From contig CAWJSJ010000001.1 of the NCBI GenBank assembly GCA_963845565.1, forward strand, positions 192,001-256,000: a stretch of 64,000 nucleotides of DNA, given 5' to 3'. Every line of letters begins with the position of its first letter. The first letter of the stretch is position 1. A program made the translations under genes and the position numbers. The notes beneath the pieces were generated by a model, which saw only the letters and a list, made by a program, of their open reading frames with translations, was not told the origin of the DNA and did no database searches. This DNA comes from an uncultured Methylomirabilota bacterium (lineage in GTDB: Bacteria > Methylomirabilota > Methylomirabilia > Methylomirabilales > 2-02-FULL-66-22). Of this stretch, positions 20,262 through 30,338 are shown one piece after another.

Positions 20262-20412
20262 ATCCGACCTGTCGGAGCCCCTCCGAGATATCGTGCGTTT
20301 CCCGTGACTTTCACAAATGAGACAACGCACGAACACCCCTCCCAACCCCATGAGTCGACAGGGCTGAAACGGTGTCCGGCCACCTCGAGCGTACGGTGGA
20401 TCTGGCCTTGCA
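20262..20412 (+). promoter_or_regulatory. sigma54 cassette 3
   Basis: ATCCGACCTGTCGGAG-cccc-TCCGAGATATCGTG; CAACCCCATGAGT (20343); TGGATCTGGCCTTGCA (20397). Confidence 0.88.
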
Positions 20413-20555
20413 TATTCAGTCTGCTATAACGCCGCCCTGGCTCGGCACCTCACCCGAAAGGTGGACGCGAGGGTCGGTCTGGCGGCGGGCTCTGTCGCGC
20501 GAGACCGCGCGAGGGGCGAATGAAAGGCCGCCGCAGGCGGCGGAGGGGCAGGGCC

Positions 20556-20816
20556 ATGGCGCTTGACATGTTCGTGATGTGGGTTGTTGCGGGGCTGATT
20601 GCCGGCTACGTGGCCGGGCACGTCATGAAGGAGGGCGGGTACGGGCTGGCTGGGGACCTCATCCTCGGGGTTGTCGGCAGCATGGTGGGGGGCTGGCTCT
20701 TCTCTGTCTCGAGGATCTCGCCGGACGCGGGGCTGGCCGCGTTGACCATCATCGCGTTCATCGCGGGGATCGCCATGATCTTCGCTCAGCATAGGCTCTG
20801 GCCCATGCACGCCTGA
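20556..20816 (+). CDS. GlsB/YeaQ/YmgE (transglycosylase-associated) membrane protein
   Basis: WVVAGLIAGYVAG...GYGLAGDLILGVVGSMVGG. Confidence 0.85.
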   Translation: MALDMFVMWVVAGLIAGYVAGHVMKEGGYGLAGDLILGVVGSMVGGWLFSVSRISPDAGLAALTIIAFIAGIAMIFAQHRLWPMHA

Positions 20817-20909
20817 AGACCGTGCCCCACATCTCAGTGGGCCGTGTCGCGACGGAGCGCGCACGGCGACCGGCCCTGGCTTGGGTGCCAGATGACTGAG
20901 GATCCGACA

Positions 20910-21215
20910 ATGCCGACCTACGAGTATCAATGCCGCTCGTGCGCGCAACGGTTTGAGGCCCGCCAAAGCATCATGGCCTCTCCGCGCAGGCGGTGCCCGC
21001 GCTGCGGGAAGAAGGTGGACCGCTTGATCAGCGCGGGCGCCGGGTTCCTGTTCAAGGGGTCGGGCTTCTACACGACTGACCATCGCTCGAAACCCTACCA
21101 GGAGGCGGCGAAGAAGGACCAGGAGGGAGGGAGCAAGGTTCGCCCCGCCGAGAATGCCCCCTCGAAAAGTGCCGCAGGTCCGAAGATGGACGCAGGCCAT
21201 GGGCAGCAGACGTGA
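20910..21215 (+). CDS. FmdB-family zinc-ribbon protein
   Basis: MPTYEYQCRSC...CPRCG...FKGSGFYTTD. Confidence 0.88.
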   Translation: MPTYEYQCRSCAQRFEARQSIMASPRRRCPRCGKKVDRLISAGAGFLFKGSGFYTTDHRSKPYQEAAKKDQEGGSKVRPAENAPSKSAAGPKMDAGHGQQT

Positions 21216-21555
21216 GACCGAACGCCGCGGTGGCGTCGGCGCCGCCATTCCGGCGACGGAGCCGCCCACGTCTCCGGTCCGAGCGGGGGCGGCTCCGTCG
21301 CCGTGCCGGTGGCCCACGCTGGCGATGGTGAGTCGGGCGATCGGTGACGTCGACGCCGCCTTGGCGGCGGATCCCCTCTTCCATCGCTGCCCGGACGGAC
21401 ACCAGGGGAGGATCGACGTGCGCTATTGGTACCTGCGGCCGCTGGAATTCTCCTGTCGCCACTGCGCCGAAGGCGGACGCGTCTGCGTGGTCGACCCACG
21501 GACCGTGGTCTGTCGCCACCGGACCGGACACCCCGTCCTGGAGGGATAGAGCGCC

Positions 21556-23436
21556 ATGGACAAAAAGCACATCGTGTCGGTGTGGTACTTCCTCGCCGCC
21601 TTTCTCCTCCTGATGGCGCTGCGGGACTACGTCTTTGCGCCGCACGTCGATACCCTCTCATACGGGGAGTTCAAGACCCTGGTGGAGAAGGGGAAGGTCA
21701 GCGAACTGGCGATCGGCGCGCAGGTCATCTCGGGGCGCCTGAAGGTGGATGGACTCGCGGGGCTCCTCCCACCGGCACGGGTCGAGGCGTTGGCCAAGGC
21801 CGGGACAGCCGATCAGCAGTTCGTGACGGTCCGGGTGGACGACCCCGCGCTCGTCCACGATCTGCAGCAAGCGAATGTCAACTTCCGGGGGGAGGTGACG
21901 AGCACCTGGCTCCCGACCTTGCTGGGCTGGCTGATCCCCATGGGGATCTTCTTCCTCATCTGGCGCTACGCCCTCAAGAAGATGGGGGGCGGTGGGGGCC
22001 TGGGTGGGCTCATGACGCTCGGAAAGAGCAAGGCCAAGGTCTATGTCCAGAAGGACACGGGGGTGACCTTCAACGACGTTGCCGGCATTGACGAGGCCAA
22101 GGCCGAGCTGGTCGAAGTCGTCGAGTTCCTGAAGACGCCGGAGCGCTTCCAGCGGCTGGGCGGGAAGATCCCGAAGGGGGTCCTCCTGGTCGGCGTCCCC
22201 GGGACGGGAAAGACGCTGCTGGCGAAGGCCGTGGCGGGCGAGGCCAAGGTGCCCTTCTTCAGCCTGAGCGGCTCGGACTTCGTCGAGATGTTCGTCGGGG
22301 TGGGCGCCGCGCGGGTCCGGGACCTGTTCGCCCAGGCGGTCACGCATGCGCCGAGCATCATCTTCATCGACGAGCTGGACGCCCTGGGCAAGGCCCGGGG
22401 CATGAACCCCATGGGGGGCCACGACGAGCGGGAGCAGACGCTGAACCAGCTCCTGGTGGAGATGGACGGCTTCGAGACCAACAAGGGCGTCATCATCATG
22501 GCGGCCACCAACCGGCCGGAGATCCTCGACCCGGCCCTGCTCCGGCCTGGCCGGTTTGACCGCCAGGTCCTGGTGGACCGGCCGGACCTCAAGGGGCGCG
22601 AGGCCATCCTCCGAGTCCACGCCAAGGGGGTGACGATTGGCCCGGAGGTCGATCTGGCCGCGATCGCCGCCAAGACGTTCGGCTTCGTCGGGGCGGATCT
22701 GGCGAACATCGTGAACGAGGCCGCCCTCCTCGCCGCCCGCCAAGGCAAGGAGGCGGTCGGGAAAGCTGATTTCGACGAGGCGATCGACCGGGTGGTCGCC
22801 GGGCTGAAGAAGACCCGGGTGATGAGCGTGAAAGAGCGGGAGATCGTGGCCACTCACGAGGCCGGACACGCGGTGGCAGCGGAGCTCCTGCCGGGGACCG
22901 ACCCGGTGGCGAAGGTCTCCATCGTCTCGCGGGGGATTGCCGCGTTGGGGTACACGCAGCAGCTCCCGACCGAGGATCGGTATCTCATGACCCGTTCGGA
23001 GCTGTTCAACCGGCTCTGCGTCCTCCTGGCCGGCCGGACCGCCGAGGAGATCGCCTTCAGCGATGTCTCGACCGGCGCCCAGAACGACCTCCAGCGGGCC
23101 ACCGACCTGGTGCGGCACATGGTGGCCCAGTACGGCATGAGCGAGAAGGTCGGCCTGATGACCTACGATGGAGGCGGACGGACGGCCCTCCTCCCGGGTC
23201 TGCCCCAGCCCCGTGAGCACAGTGAGGAGACGGCGCGACTTATCGATTCCGAGGCGAGCCGGATCCTGGTCGAGGCGCACGTAAAGGTCAGTGCCCTCCT
23301 CACGGAACAGTGGAGCGTCGTCGAACAACTCGCGCGCCGACTCCTAGAGAAGGAGGTGGTGGAGCGGGAGGAGCTGCAGACCTTGCTGGCCGGCGTGAAG
23401 CTCTCCGGGGACGGCGGCCGGGAGCGGGAGGCGTAA
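21556..23436 (+). CDS. ftsH: ATP-dependent zinc metalloprotease FtsH
   Basis: Two TM segments, [27 protein letters not shown]. Confidence 0.96.
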   Translation: MDKKHIVSVWYFLAAFLLLMALRDYVFAPHVDTLSYGEFKTLVEKGKVSELAIGAQVISGRLKVDGLAGLLPPARVEALAKAGTADQQFVTVRVDDPALVHDLQQANVNFRGEVTSTWLPTLLGWLIPMGIFFLIWRYALKKMGGGGGLGGLMTLGKSKAKVYVQKDTGVTFNDVAGIDEAKAELVEVVEFLKTPERFQRLGGKIPKGVLLVGVPGTGKTLLAKAVAGEAKVPFFSLSGSDFVEMFVGVGAARVRDLFAQAVTHAPSIIFIDELDALGKARGMNPMGGHDEREQTLNQLLVEMDGFETNKGVIIMAATNRPEILDPALLRPGRFDRQVLVDRPDLKGREAILRVHAKGVTIGPEVDLAAIAAKTFGFVGADLANIVNEAALLAARQGKEAVGKADFDEAIDRVVAGLKKTRVMSVKEREIVATHEAGHAVAAELLPGTDPVAKVSIVSRGIAALGYTQQLPTEDRYLMTRSELFNRLCVLLAGRTAEEIAFSDVSTGAQNDLQRATDLVRHMVAQYGMSEKVGLMTYDGGGRTALLPGLPQPREHSEETARLIDSEASRILVEAHVKVSALLTEQWSVVEQLARRLLEKEVVEREELQTLLAGVKLSGDGGREREA

Positions 23437-23518
23437 GGCAGGCGCCAAGAGTATCGGGGTGGGTCGGTGGTGGAAACGGAACGAGATCCGGACGGATGTC
23501 CGGAGAGGAGCAGGAACC

Positions 23519-23731
23519 ATGGCAACAGGCACGGTCAAGAAGCTGGTCCGGGATCGAGGTTTCGGGTTCGTTCAGGGGTCAGATGGCGTGGAGCTCTTCT
23601 TCCACCGGTCGGCAATCCTGGGAGAGGGATTCGACGCGCTGACGGAGGGACAGGCCGTCGAGTTCGATGTCGAGAAGGGAGACAAGGGACCGCGAGCGGC
23701 GCACATGAAAGTGAGCGCCCCCAGCATCTAG
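23519..23731 (+). CDS. Cold-shock domain protein
   Basis: MATGTVK...RGFGFV...LFFHRSAI...KGPRA. Confidence 0.93.
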   Translation: MATGTVKKLVRDRGFGFVQGSDGVELFFHRSAILGEGFDALTEGQAVEFDVEKGDKGPRAAHMKVSAPSI

Positions 23732-23871
23732 ACGGGCGAGGTCTCGAAACTTCACGGGGTTTGCCCTCGGTCGTTCGGCTGTGCGAGGGGTCGGGGGCAA
23801 TACCCCGGTGGGGTTGGGTCGGAGCGTGACCATGGGAAAGGAAGACGGTCTTCCTCGAAAAGGAGGTTGCG

Positions 23872-24258
23872 ATGAAAGTCAAGGAACTCATGCGAACGTC
23901 TGTGGCGAAGGTCTCGCCCGTCGCGACCGTGAGGGAGACACTCTCGATGATGGATGACTCCGGTGTCAGCTCGCTGCCCGTTGAGGATGCGGAGGGTTGC
24001 CTCTTGGGTGTGGCGAGACTCGCCGTACTTTCCCGGGCGCTCGCCGATGGAAGCGTCGCGTCCTCCGCCGCTGTCGGGGATGGTCTGTCGTCCCATCTCG
24101 TCACGGCCACGCCGGAGATGGATGCGGCCAGAGTGGCCGAGATGATGCGCGACAGAGGGGTCGACGACATCATGGTCGTCGAGGGCAGGTACCTCGTTGG
24201 CGCGCTGTCCCTGGCCGAAGCCGGGAAGGCGGACACGGGTCTACGCCCCGCGTTGTGA
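23872..24258 (+). CDS. CBS-domain protein
   Basis: MKVKELM...VSSLPV...LLGV; AGGAGG RBS. Confidence 0.8.
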   Translation: MKVKELMRTSVAKVSPVATVRETLSMMDDSGVSSLPVEDAEGCLLGVARLAVLSRALADGSVASSAAVGDGLSSHLVTATPEMDAARVAEMMRDRGVDDIMVVEGRYLVGALSLAEAGKADTGLRPAL

Positions 24259-24324
24259 CCGTCTGCGGGTCAGTGAGCGACTCCAGTACTGCGGCGACGT
24301 TCGTGACCGACGAGGAGGCGCCGA

Positions 24325-25836
24325 ATGCAGCGGGGCAGCGGACGACATCAGCACGACCTGATGGCCATCGCGCGACGGGTGATGGTCGAGCGTGACTTGC
24401 TCCCGGACTTTTCGTCGGCCGTGATGGCGGAAGTCGCGCGGAGCCAGGCGGCGCCCGCCAACGGAGCGCCGAAGATGCGGGATCTGCGGGGGCTTCTCTG
24501 GTGCTCGATCGACAACGATGATTCGCGGGACCTCGATCAGCTCACCTTGGCAGAACCGATCGGCGGTGGGGTAGTACGGATCCTGGTGGCAGTCGCGGAC
24601 GTGGACGCAACGGTCGCGCAGGGCTCGGCGACGGACGGCCACGCGCGGCACAACACCACCTCGGTGTACACGGCCGCCGCGATGTTCCCCATGCTGCCCG
24701 AACCGCTATCGACTGATCTCACGTCCCTCGGCGAAGGCGAGGATCGGGTGGCGCTGGTGGTGGAGATGGCGGTGAACGCCGACGGAACCGTGGGCGCGCC
24801 AAACCTCTATCGCGCCGTGGTGAAGAATCGCGCCAAGCTGGCCTATGTTGCGGTCGCCGCGTGGCTCGACGCGACGGGACCGATCCCGAGTCGGGCGGCC
24901 ATCGTGCCGGGCATGGAGGCCCAGCTCCGGCTCCAGGACCAGGTCGCGCAACGGCTGCGGGAGGTGCGACACCACCACGGGGCGTTGAGCCTGGAAACCA
25001 TCCAGGCGCGGCCGGTGTTCCAGGGCGAGACACTGACTGACCTGGAGGTGGAGCATCCCAACCGGGCTCGGGCGCTGATCGAGGACTTCATGATCGCGGC
25101 GAACGGCGTGACGGCGCGCTACCTGGAGGCCCAGGGCTATCCATCGCTCCGCCGGGTCCTGCGCTCCCCGGAGCGGTGGGCGCGAATCGTCGAGCTGGCC
25201 GCCGGGTTGGGGACATCCCTGCCCCCGCAACCGGCCGCGGCTGCCCTGGACGCGTTCTTGACGGTGCGCCGCCAAGCCGATCCACTGCGGTTCCCCGACC
25301 TGTCGCTAGCCATCGTCAAGCTGATGGGGCGCGGGGAGTACGTCGTGGAGCTTCCCGGCCAGACGGCGCCCGGACACTTCGGGTTGGCCGTGCAAGCCTA
25401 CACCCATTCCACGGCACCCAACCGTCGCTTTCCTGATCTGATCGCTCAGCGGCTTCTGAAGGCGGCGCTGGCGCACAGCCCGGCCCCGTACGCAAACGCG
25501 GAGCTGCAGGAGCTGGCCCAGCACTGCACCGAGGCGGAGGACCGCGCGAACAAGGTCGAGCGCCAGGTGGGGAAATCGGCCGCCGCGCTCCTGCTGGAGC
25601 CTCGGATCGGAGAGCAGTTCGACGCGATCGTCACGGGGGCGTCGCAGAAGGGGACCTGGGTCCGCATCCTCCGGCCGCCGGTGGAAGGCAAGCTGGTGCA
25701 TGGCGCCGACGGGCTGGACGTCGGCGACCAGTTGCAGGTCACGCTGATTGGGACCGATGTCGAGCAGGGCTATATCGATTTCTCACGGGTGGGCGGCTCG
25801 CCGGCCATGAGCCTTCGGTCCCGGCCGACCCGTTGA
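24325..25836 (+). CDS. RNB-domain (RNase II/R family) ribonuclease
   Basis: SIDNDDSRDLDQ, IEDFMIAAN, HFGLA..YTHSTAPNRRFPDL. Confidence 0.9.
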   Translation: MQRGSGRHQHDLMAIARRVMVERDLLPDFSSAVMAEVARSQAAPANGAPKMRDLRGLLWCSIDNDDSRDLDQLTLAEPIGGGVVRILVAVADVDATVAQGSATDGHARHNTTSVYTAAAMFPMLPEPLSTDLTSLGEGEDRVALVVEMAVNADGTVGAPNLYRAVVKNRAKLAYVAVAAWLDATGPIPSRAAIVPGMEAQLRLQDQVAQRLREVRHHHGALSLETIQARPVFQGETLTDLEVEHPNRARALIEDFMIAANGVTARYLEAQGYPSLRRVLRSPERWARIVELAAGLGTSLPPQPAAAALDAFLTVRRQADPLRFPDLSLAIVKLMGRGEYVVELPGQTAPGHFGLAVQAYTHSTAPNRRFPDLIAQRLLKAALAHSPAPYANAELQELAQHCTEAEDRANKVERQVGKSAAALLLEPRIGEQFDAIVTGASQKGTWVRILRPPVEGKLVHGADGLDVGDQLQVTLIGTDVEQGYIDFSRVGGSPAMSLRSRPTR

Positions 25837-26079
25837 ATGGATTGGGGACGCTTTTCTGACCGGCCGGAGGTTCGATTCCATCCCGACCGGACCGATGTCG
25901 CACCAGCGCGGAGCATTTCAACATCGAGTCCCGTCTCGGGAGATCCCGGCTCCAGCACTCTCGCTGTGTGTGCCTCCAACAGGTTACATCGAATGCTGGC
26001 GCCGGGCGGCTGCCAGGGACTGGGAATCCGAGGCTCGGGGTGGCCCTGGGACCGGCTGGTCCTGAACTGGTGGAACGCC

Positions 26080-26727
26080 GTGGAGAGCCTCCAGGGATTC
26101 GTCGAACAGTTCACATACCTCGGCGTGTTCGCCGTGCTCGTCCTGGGCAGCCTGGGGGTGCCTATCCCCGAGGAGATGGCCATCATCGCGGCCGCCGTCC
26201 TGAGCCACGAGGGGCTCGTCCGGTGGTGGCTGGCGCTTCTCATCTGTCTCCTGGGTGTGCTTTCCGGCGATATGGCGCTCTACTGGGTCGGTCGGCACTG
26301 GGGGGCCGACGTCCTCGCCTGGCGCGCGGTCCGGCTCGTGCTGACGCGCAAGCGGGAGCAGTGGCTGAAGGCGGCGTATCGGCGGCATGCCCTGAAGACC
26401 ATCGTCACGGCGCGGCATGTCATGGGACTCCGCGCCGCGGCTTTTCTGACGGCGGGCATGGCGCGCGTGCCGTTCTGGAAGTTCGTCGTGGCCGACGCGG
26501 GCACCGCGCTGGTCGGCGTCCCGCTTTTGTTTGGATTGGCCTTCTTCTTCACGGATCAGATCCAAGCCATCGTGGCCGACGTGCACCGGGTGGAGCGCTG
26601 GCTCGCGCTCGCCGGCCTCGTGGGGCTCATGGTGGTGCTGGGCGTCGGCGTGTGGCGATGGAAACGGCGTCTCGCGACGGAGAAGCTTGAGGGGGAACGG
26701 ACCGAGACGCCTGCAGTTCGCCCGTGA
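26080..26727 (+). CDS. DedA-family membrane protein
   Basis: GVPIPEE, SGDMALYWVGR, ARHVMGLRAAAFLTAG. Start codon approximate. Confidence 0.85.
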   Translation: MESLQGFVEQFTYLGVFAVLVLGSLGVPIPEEMAIIAAAVLSHEGLVRWWLALLICLLGVLSGDMALYWVGRHWGADVLAWRAVRLVLTRKREQWLKAAYRRHALKTIVTARHVMGLRAAAFLTAGMARVPFWKFVVADAGTALVGVPLLFGLAFFFTDQIQAIVADVHRVERWLALAGLVGLMVVLGVGVWRWKRRLATEKLEGERTETPAVRP

Positions 26728-26778
26728 CTCCCGCTTCCAGATGCCCCCGCCCGCGCGCTGCCGCTGGACACCGCGCCC

Positions 26779-26928
26779 CTCCGACCCCTCGGAGCCGCTC
26801 CGAAATCTCGGACGAGTCCCGTCTGCTGATCCGCGCGGATGTGGCCGTCGGATCCCATCCAACCACGCGATTAGTCCGGACGAATGCCCCTTCGGCCACC
26901 TTGGGAGCGGGGTGGATCTGGCCTTGCA
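26779..26928 (+). promoter_or_regulatory. sigma54 cassette 4
   Basis: CTCCGACCCCTCGGAG-ccgc-TCCGAAATCTCGGA; CAACCACGCGATT (26860); TGGATCTGGCCTTGCA (26913). Confidence 0.88.
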
Positions 26929-26998
26929 TACTCTGTAGCCGAGGGGGCCGTAGGGAAGCCGGAACGCCGGCGCAGCCGCCGAAGAAGGCAGGAGGGCC

Positions 26999-27259
26999 AT
27001 GACTCTGGAACTGTTCGTGCTGTGGGCCATCGGGAGACTGCTGGCCGGCTGGCCGACCGGGTGGATCGTGAATGGCAGCGGGTACGGACTGATGGGCGAC
27101 ATGGCCCTCGGGCTCGTCGGTAGCCTCTTGGGGAGCTGGATTGTCCTGGCGCTTGGGGTGTCGGTGGGCGCGGCGCTCCTCGCGGTAGGTGGCGGTGCGG
27201 TCATCGGAGCGGTCCTGCTGATCGGCGCCCAGCGCGTGCTCGAGCACGTGCATGCTTAG
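26999..27259 (+). CDS. GlsB/YeaQ/YmgE paralog
   Basis: GYGLMGDMALGLVGSLLG; similar to 20556..20816, both end in HA. Confidence 0.8.
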   Translation: MTLELFVLWAIGRLLAGWPTGWIVNGSGYGLMGDMALGLVGSLLGSWIVLALGVSVGAALLAVGGGAVIGAVLLIGAQRVLEHVHA

Positions 27260-27328
27260 GGACGTGAATGGTGGTGAGAGGAGCGAACGGTTCTCACGGG
27301 GCTGGTCGTTCGCTGTGGAGGAGAAGAG

Positions 27329-27472
27329 ATGACAAGATTAGTGAGTCGCATGCGGATCGGCGTCGTCCTTTGTTGCCTCGTGGCGATCTTCATGGCGGGG
27401 TGCGCCACCGCCCGCGGCGTTGGGCAGGACACGCAATCGCTCGGGCGCAGCATCGAGAAGAAAGCGCAATAG
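27329..27472 (+). CDS. Entericidin EcnA/B-family lipoprotein (47 aa)
   Basis: Manual translation: ...AIFMAGC-ATARGVGQDTQSLGRSIEKKAQ; lipobox; GGAGGAG RBS. Confidence 0.85.
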   Translation: MTRLVSRMRIGVVLCCLVAIFMAGCATARGVGQDTQSLGRSIEKKAQ

Positions 27473-27545
27473 CGGGGACGGCAAGATAGGCGCGGCGCTG
27501 GCCTGGGCCCATACACGGTCCGTCACTGGGCGGAAGGAGGTTGTC

Positions 27546-27698
27546 ATGGGAACGATTCTGCTCATCGTATTGGTGCTGTTCGTTGTCGGGGCGCTCCCGA
27601 CCTGGCGGCACAGTAGCACCTGGGGGTACGGCCCGAGTGGCGGGCTCGGTCTGGTCCTTCTGATCCTGTTGGTCCTGGTCCTGACCGGGCGCCTCTGA
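27546..27698 (+). CDS. DUF3309-family small membrane protein
   Basis: MGTILLIVLVLFVVGALPTWRHSSTWGYGPSGGLGLVLLILLVLVLTGRL. Confidence 0.88.
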   Translation: MGTILLIVLVLFVVGALPTWRHSSTWGYGPSGGLGLVLLILLVLVLTGRL

Positions 27699-27747
27699 CG
27701 AGGCCGCCCTCGTCACACCTTATGCCGCCTACACGAGGAGATCTGTC

Positions 27748-28038
27748 ATGCGAAGCTATGAAGCGTTTCTCTTGGGCGCGATCACGGGCGGCGTCGCCGT
27801 CTGGGTTTGGGGGAAGGAGATCACGGGCTACCTGCAGGAGCAGACCCGCGGGGTGCGCACGCAGGCCGCGGAGCGCATCCACGCGGTCGAAGAGAGCGCG
27901 GAGCAGCTGCTCGACCGCGGCGGGGATGCCCTGCGGCGCGCCGAGGAGGTTCTGCAGGATACCAAGGCACACGTCCGCGAGACGCTCCAGAAGGGGCAGG
28001 ACGCGATTCGTCCCGCCCCGACAACCGGCGGAGTATGA
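27748..28038 (+). CDS. YtxH-like small helical protein
   Basis: FLLGAITGGVAV N-terminal anchor followed by amphipathic helix. Confidence 0.6.
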   Translation: MRSYEAFLLGAITGGVAVWVWGKEITGYLQEQTRGVRTQAAERIHAVEESAEQLLDRGGDALRRAEEVLQDTKAHVRETLQKGQDAIRPAPTTGGV

Positions 28039-28242
28039 CCAAACCGTCCACCAGGTGAGCTGAAGGTGGGCGCGCGGACATCGGTCCGGGGATCGGGCCG
28101 CTGCCCACGTCGTCTTACTGTGCGGTGCGTAAAGTAGGCGACACTCCGGCCGGGACCGCACAGTCCGGGGGGGCAGCGCGGCGGGCGGTGGAGCCATTGT
28201 TCTGTGCTGCGTAGTATGTCCGCTCATTCATAGAGGTCCAAA

Positions 28243-28446
28243 ATGATGCGACACTTTCTGGCTGTGATTGTCTTTGGACTCGTCATCGCGTTCGGCGCGG
28301 CCGCGTGCGACAAGGGCCCGATGCAAAAGACGGGCGAGAAGATCGACCGCGCCACGGGTCAGGACAAGGTGATCGGAACGGGTCCCCTCGAGCAGGCGGG
28401 CCGGAACGTTGACCGGGCTGTGAAAGACCTCAAGAAGCTCGACTGA
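28243..28446 (+). CDS. Small lipoprotein
   Basis: AAAC lipobox followed by DKGPMQKTGEKID...GPLEQAGRNVD internal repeat. Confidence 0.75.
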   Translation: MMRHFLAVIVFGLVIAFGAAACDKGPMQKTGEKIDRATGQDKVIGTGPLEQAGRNVDRAVKDLKKLD

Positions 28447-28565
28447 AGCGTCAGGGTTGTCGGTGGGGTCAAGGTGATTTTCGCACAGCGCGTGTTCGAG
28501 TGCGCGCAAGTCTGCGGACGCACGCCGCATCGGCGGGACGCGACCGCCCCACAAGGAGGAAGATC

Positions 28566-29285
28566 ATGAAACGGTACACGATGTGGAACACAGTCCGGAC
28601 TGCTATGACCGCCCTCGCGCTGGGCGGACTGATCCTCGGCCTGGCGCCGTCGGCCTGGGCCGACGATGCCCAGGATGCGACCCAACTCGTCGACAAAGCG
28701 CGTCTGACGTTTGAAGCCTTCATTGGGGACAAAGACATGGGGCCGGCCCTCCGGTCGCTCGTCAAGGGAGCCAAGGGTGTGCTCGTCTATCCCCAGATCC
28801 TCCGCGGCGCCTTCATCGTCGGGGCCTCGGGTGGCAACGGCGTGTTCCTGGCCAAGGATGACAAGGCAGACGTCTGGAGTGGTCCGGCCTTCTACACCAT
28901 CGGACAGGGCAGCTTCGGGCTCCAGGCCGGGGGCGATGCCTCGGAGGTCGTGCTCGTCGCTCTGACCGAGCGGGGCGTGACGGCCATGCTGGCCAACAGC
29001 GCCAAGCTCGGCGCCAACGCCAGCGTGGCGGCGGGACCAGTCGGGGCGGGGGCGGAAGCCTCCACGGCCAACATCAGCGCCGACATCCTCGCCTACTCGC
29101 GCGCCAAGGGTCTGTACGCGGGGATCTCGCTGGATGGCGCGGTGGTGGCGACCCGGGACGCCCTGAACCATGCCTATTACGGCAAGGAAGTCACCCCTAC
29201 CGACATCCTCGTCAAGCGGACGGTGAAAAACCCGCAGGCCGCTAGCTTGATCGACGCCGTGGCCAAAGTCGCCCGCGGGAAATAG
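28566..29285 (+). CDS. Ysc84/SYLF lipid-binding domain protein, secreted
   Basis: WSGPAF, GSFGLQAGG, AAGPVG, YSRAKGLYAGISLDG. Confidence 0.9.
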   Translation: MKRYTMWNTVRTAMTALALGGLILGLAPSAWADDAQDATQLVDKARLTFEAFIGDKDMGPALRSLVKGAKGVLVYPQILRGAFIVGASGGNGVFLAKDDKADVWSGPAFYTIGQGSFGLQAGGDASEVVLVALTERGVTAMLANSAKLGANASVAAGPVGAGAEASTANISADILAYSRAKGLYAGISLDGAVVATRDALNHAYYGKEVTPTDILVKRTVKNPQAASLIDAVAKVARGK

Positions 29286-29303
29286 GCCGTTGTCAAAGAA
29301 TAA

Positions 29304-29699
29304 ATGGAGACATCGATGCTGTATGTGACCGACACCCCCAAGGATGTGGCAACCGCCACGCGGGATCTGGAAGAAGCGGTGAAGCGCAACAAGTTCGGCG
29401 TCCTGCATGTGCACGACCTCCAGAAAACGCTCAAGGAGAAGGGCGTGGACTTTCCGAACGCCTGTCGGATCCTGGAGGTGTGCAACCCGCAGCGGGCCGT
29501 CCAGGTGCTGACGGGGAACATGGGAATGAACATGGCCCTGCCTTGCCGGATCTCTGTCTATCAGGACGGGGGGAAGACCAAGATCGGCATGATTCGGCCG
29601 ACCGCCCTCCTGGCGCTCTTCCCCGGGGCCGCCGCCCTCAAAGCGGTCGCGGAGGACGTGGAGCGGGAGACCATACAGATGATTGACGAGGCGCGCTAA
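29304..29699 (+). CDS. DUF302 protein
   Basis: FGVLHVHDLQKTL...ILEVCNP...LPCRISVY. Confidence 0.88.
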   Translation: METSMLYVTDTPKDVATATRDLEEAVKRNKFGVLHVHDLQKTLKEKGVDFPNACRILEVCNPQRAVQVLTGNMGMNMALPCRISVYQDGGKTKIGMIRPTALLALFPGAAALKAVAEDVERETIQMIDEAR

Positions 29700-29715
29700 A
29701 GGAGGAGAAGAAGAG

Positions 29716-29934
29716 ATGAACGCAATCAAGCTCGCGGCAATCGCGTTGATTGTGGTCGGCATCCTGGGGTTGGCGTATGGCAGTTTCAGTTACACCAAGG
29801 AGACCCACGGGGTCAAGCTGGGTTCGCTCGAGCTGTCGGTGAAGGACAAGCAGACGGTCAACGTCCCCGTCTGGGCTGGCGTGGGGGCGATAGTGGCCGG
29901 CGGCGTCCTGCTGTTTTGGCGCAAGCAGAGCTAG
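29716..29934 (+). CDS. Small two-TM membrane protein
   Basis: GILGLAYGSFSYTKETH...VNVPVWAGVGAI; GGAGGAG RBS. Confidence 0.8.
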   Translation: MNAIKLAAIALIVVGILGLAYGSFSYTKETHGVKLGSLELSVKDKQTVNVPVWAGVGAIVAGGVLLFWRKQS

Positions 29935-30099
29935 GCCCTGCGTCAGAGCCGCCTGACGACCCCTCGTGCAGCGGACGCGTGTGCTGCCGGGGCGTACAGG
30001 ACCGATTCGAGCCTCCAAAGTGCTCGATCTCAAGTTGCCCACCCGGGAAGCGCGCACGAACGAACTCGCGCCTCGGACACCCCGATGATCGCGGCCCCT

Positions 30100-30250
30100 C
30101 TCCGACTGATCGGAGCGCATCCGATATTTCGTACCGCTCCCACCGGTCTCTCCGCGCAAGGGTCGCCGCAGCATCATGAGGAAACTCGCGATTCGAAAGT
30201 GGCGGGACCTCGTTTGGCAACCTGAGAAGCGGAGTGGATCTGGCTTTGCA
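30100..30250 (+). promoter_or_regulatory. sigma54 cassette 5
   Basis: CTCCGACTGATCGGAG-cgca-TCCGATATTTCGTA; GAAACTCGCGATT (30181); TGGATCTGGCTTTGCA (30235). Confidence 0.88.
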
Positions 30251-30338
30251 TCTTCGGCGGACAACAGGTGGGTTGGATACGCAAGGCACGGAGCGAACTT
30301 GTCGTAGAATCCGCCACCGCGCTGCAAGGAGCACGAAC

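Noticed and set aside
25866..25885. GGAGGTTCGATTCCATCC as a tRNA
   Set aside because: Only a T-loop-like word; no cloverleaf can be built around it.
28085..28212. Possible 12th cassette (TCCGGGGATCGGG ... TTGTTCTGTGCTGCG)
   Set aside because: Lacks the invariant GG, is one base short, and has no IHF-like site or first palindrome; at best a decayed copy.
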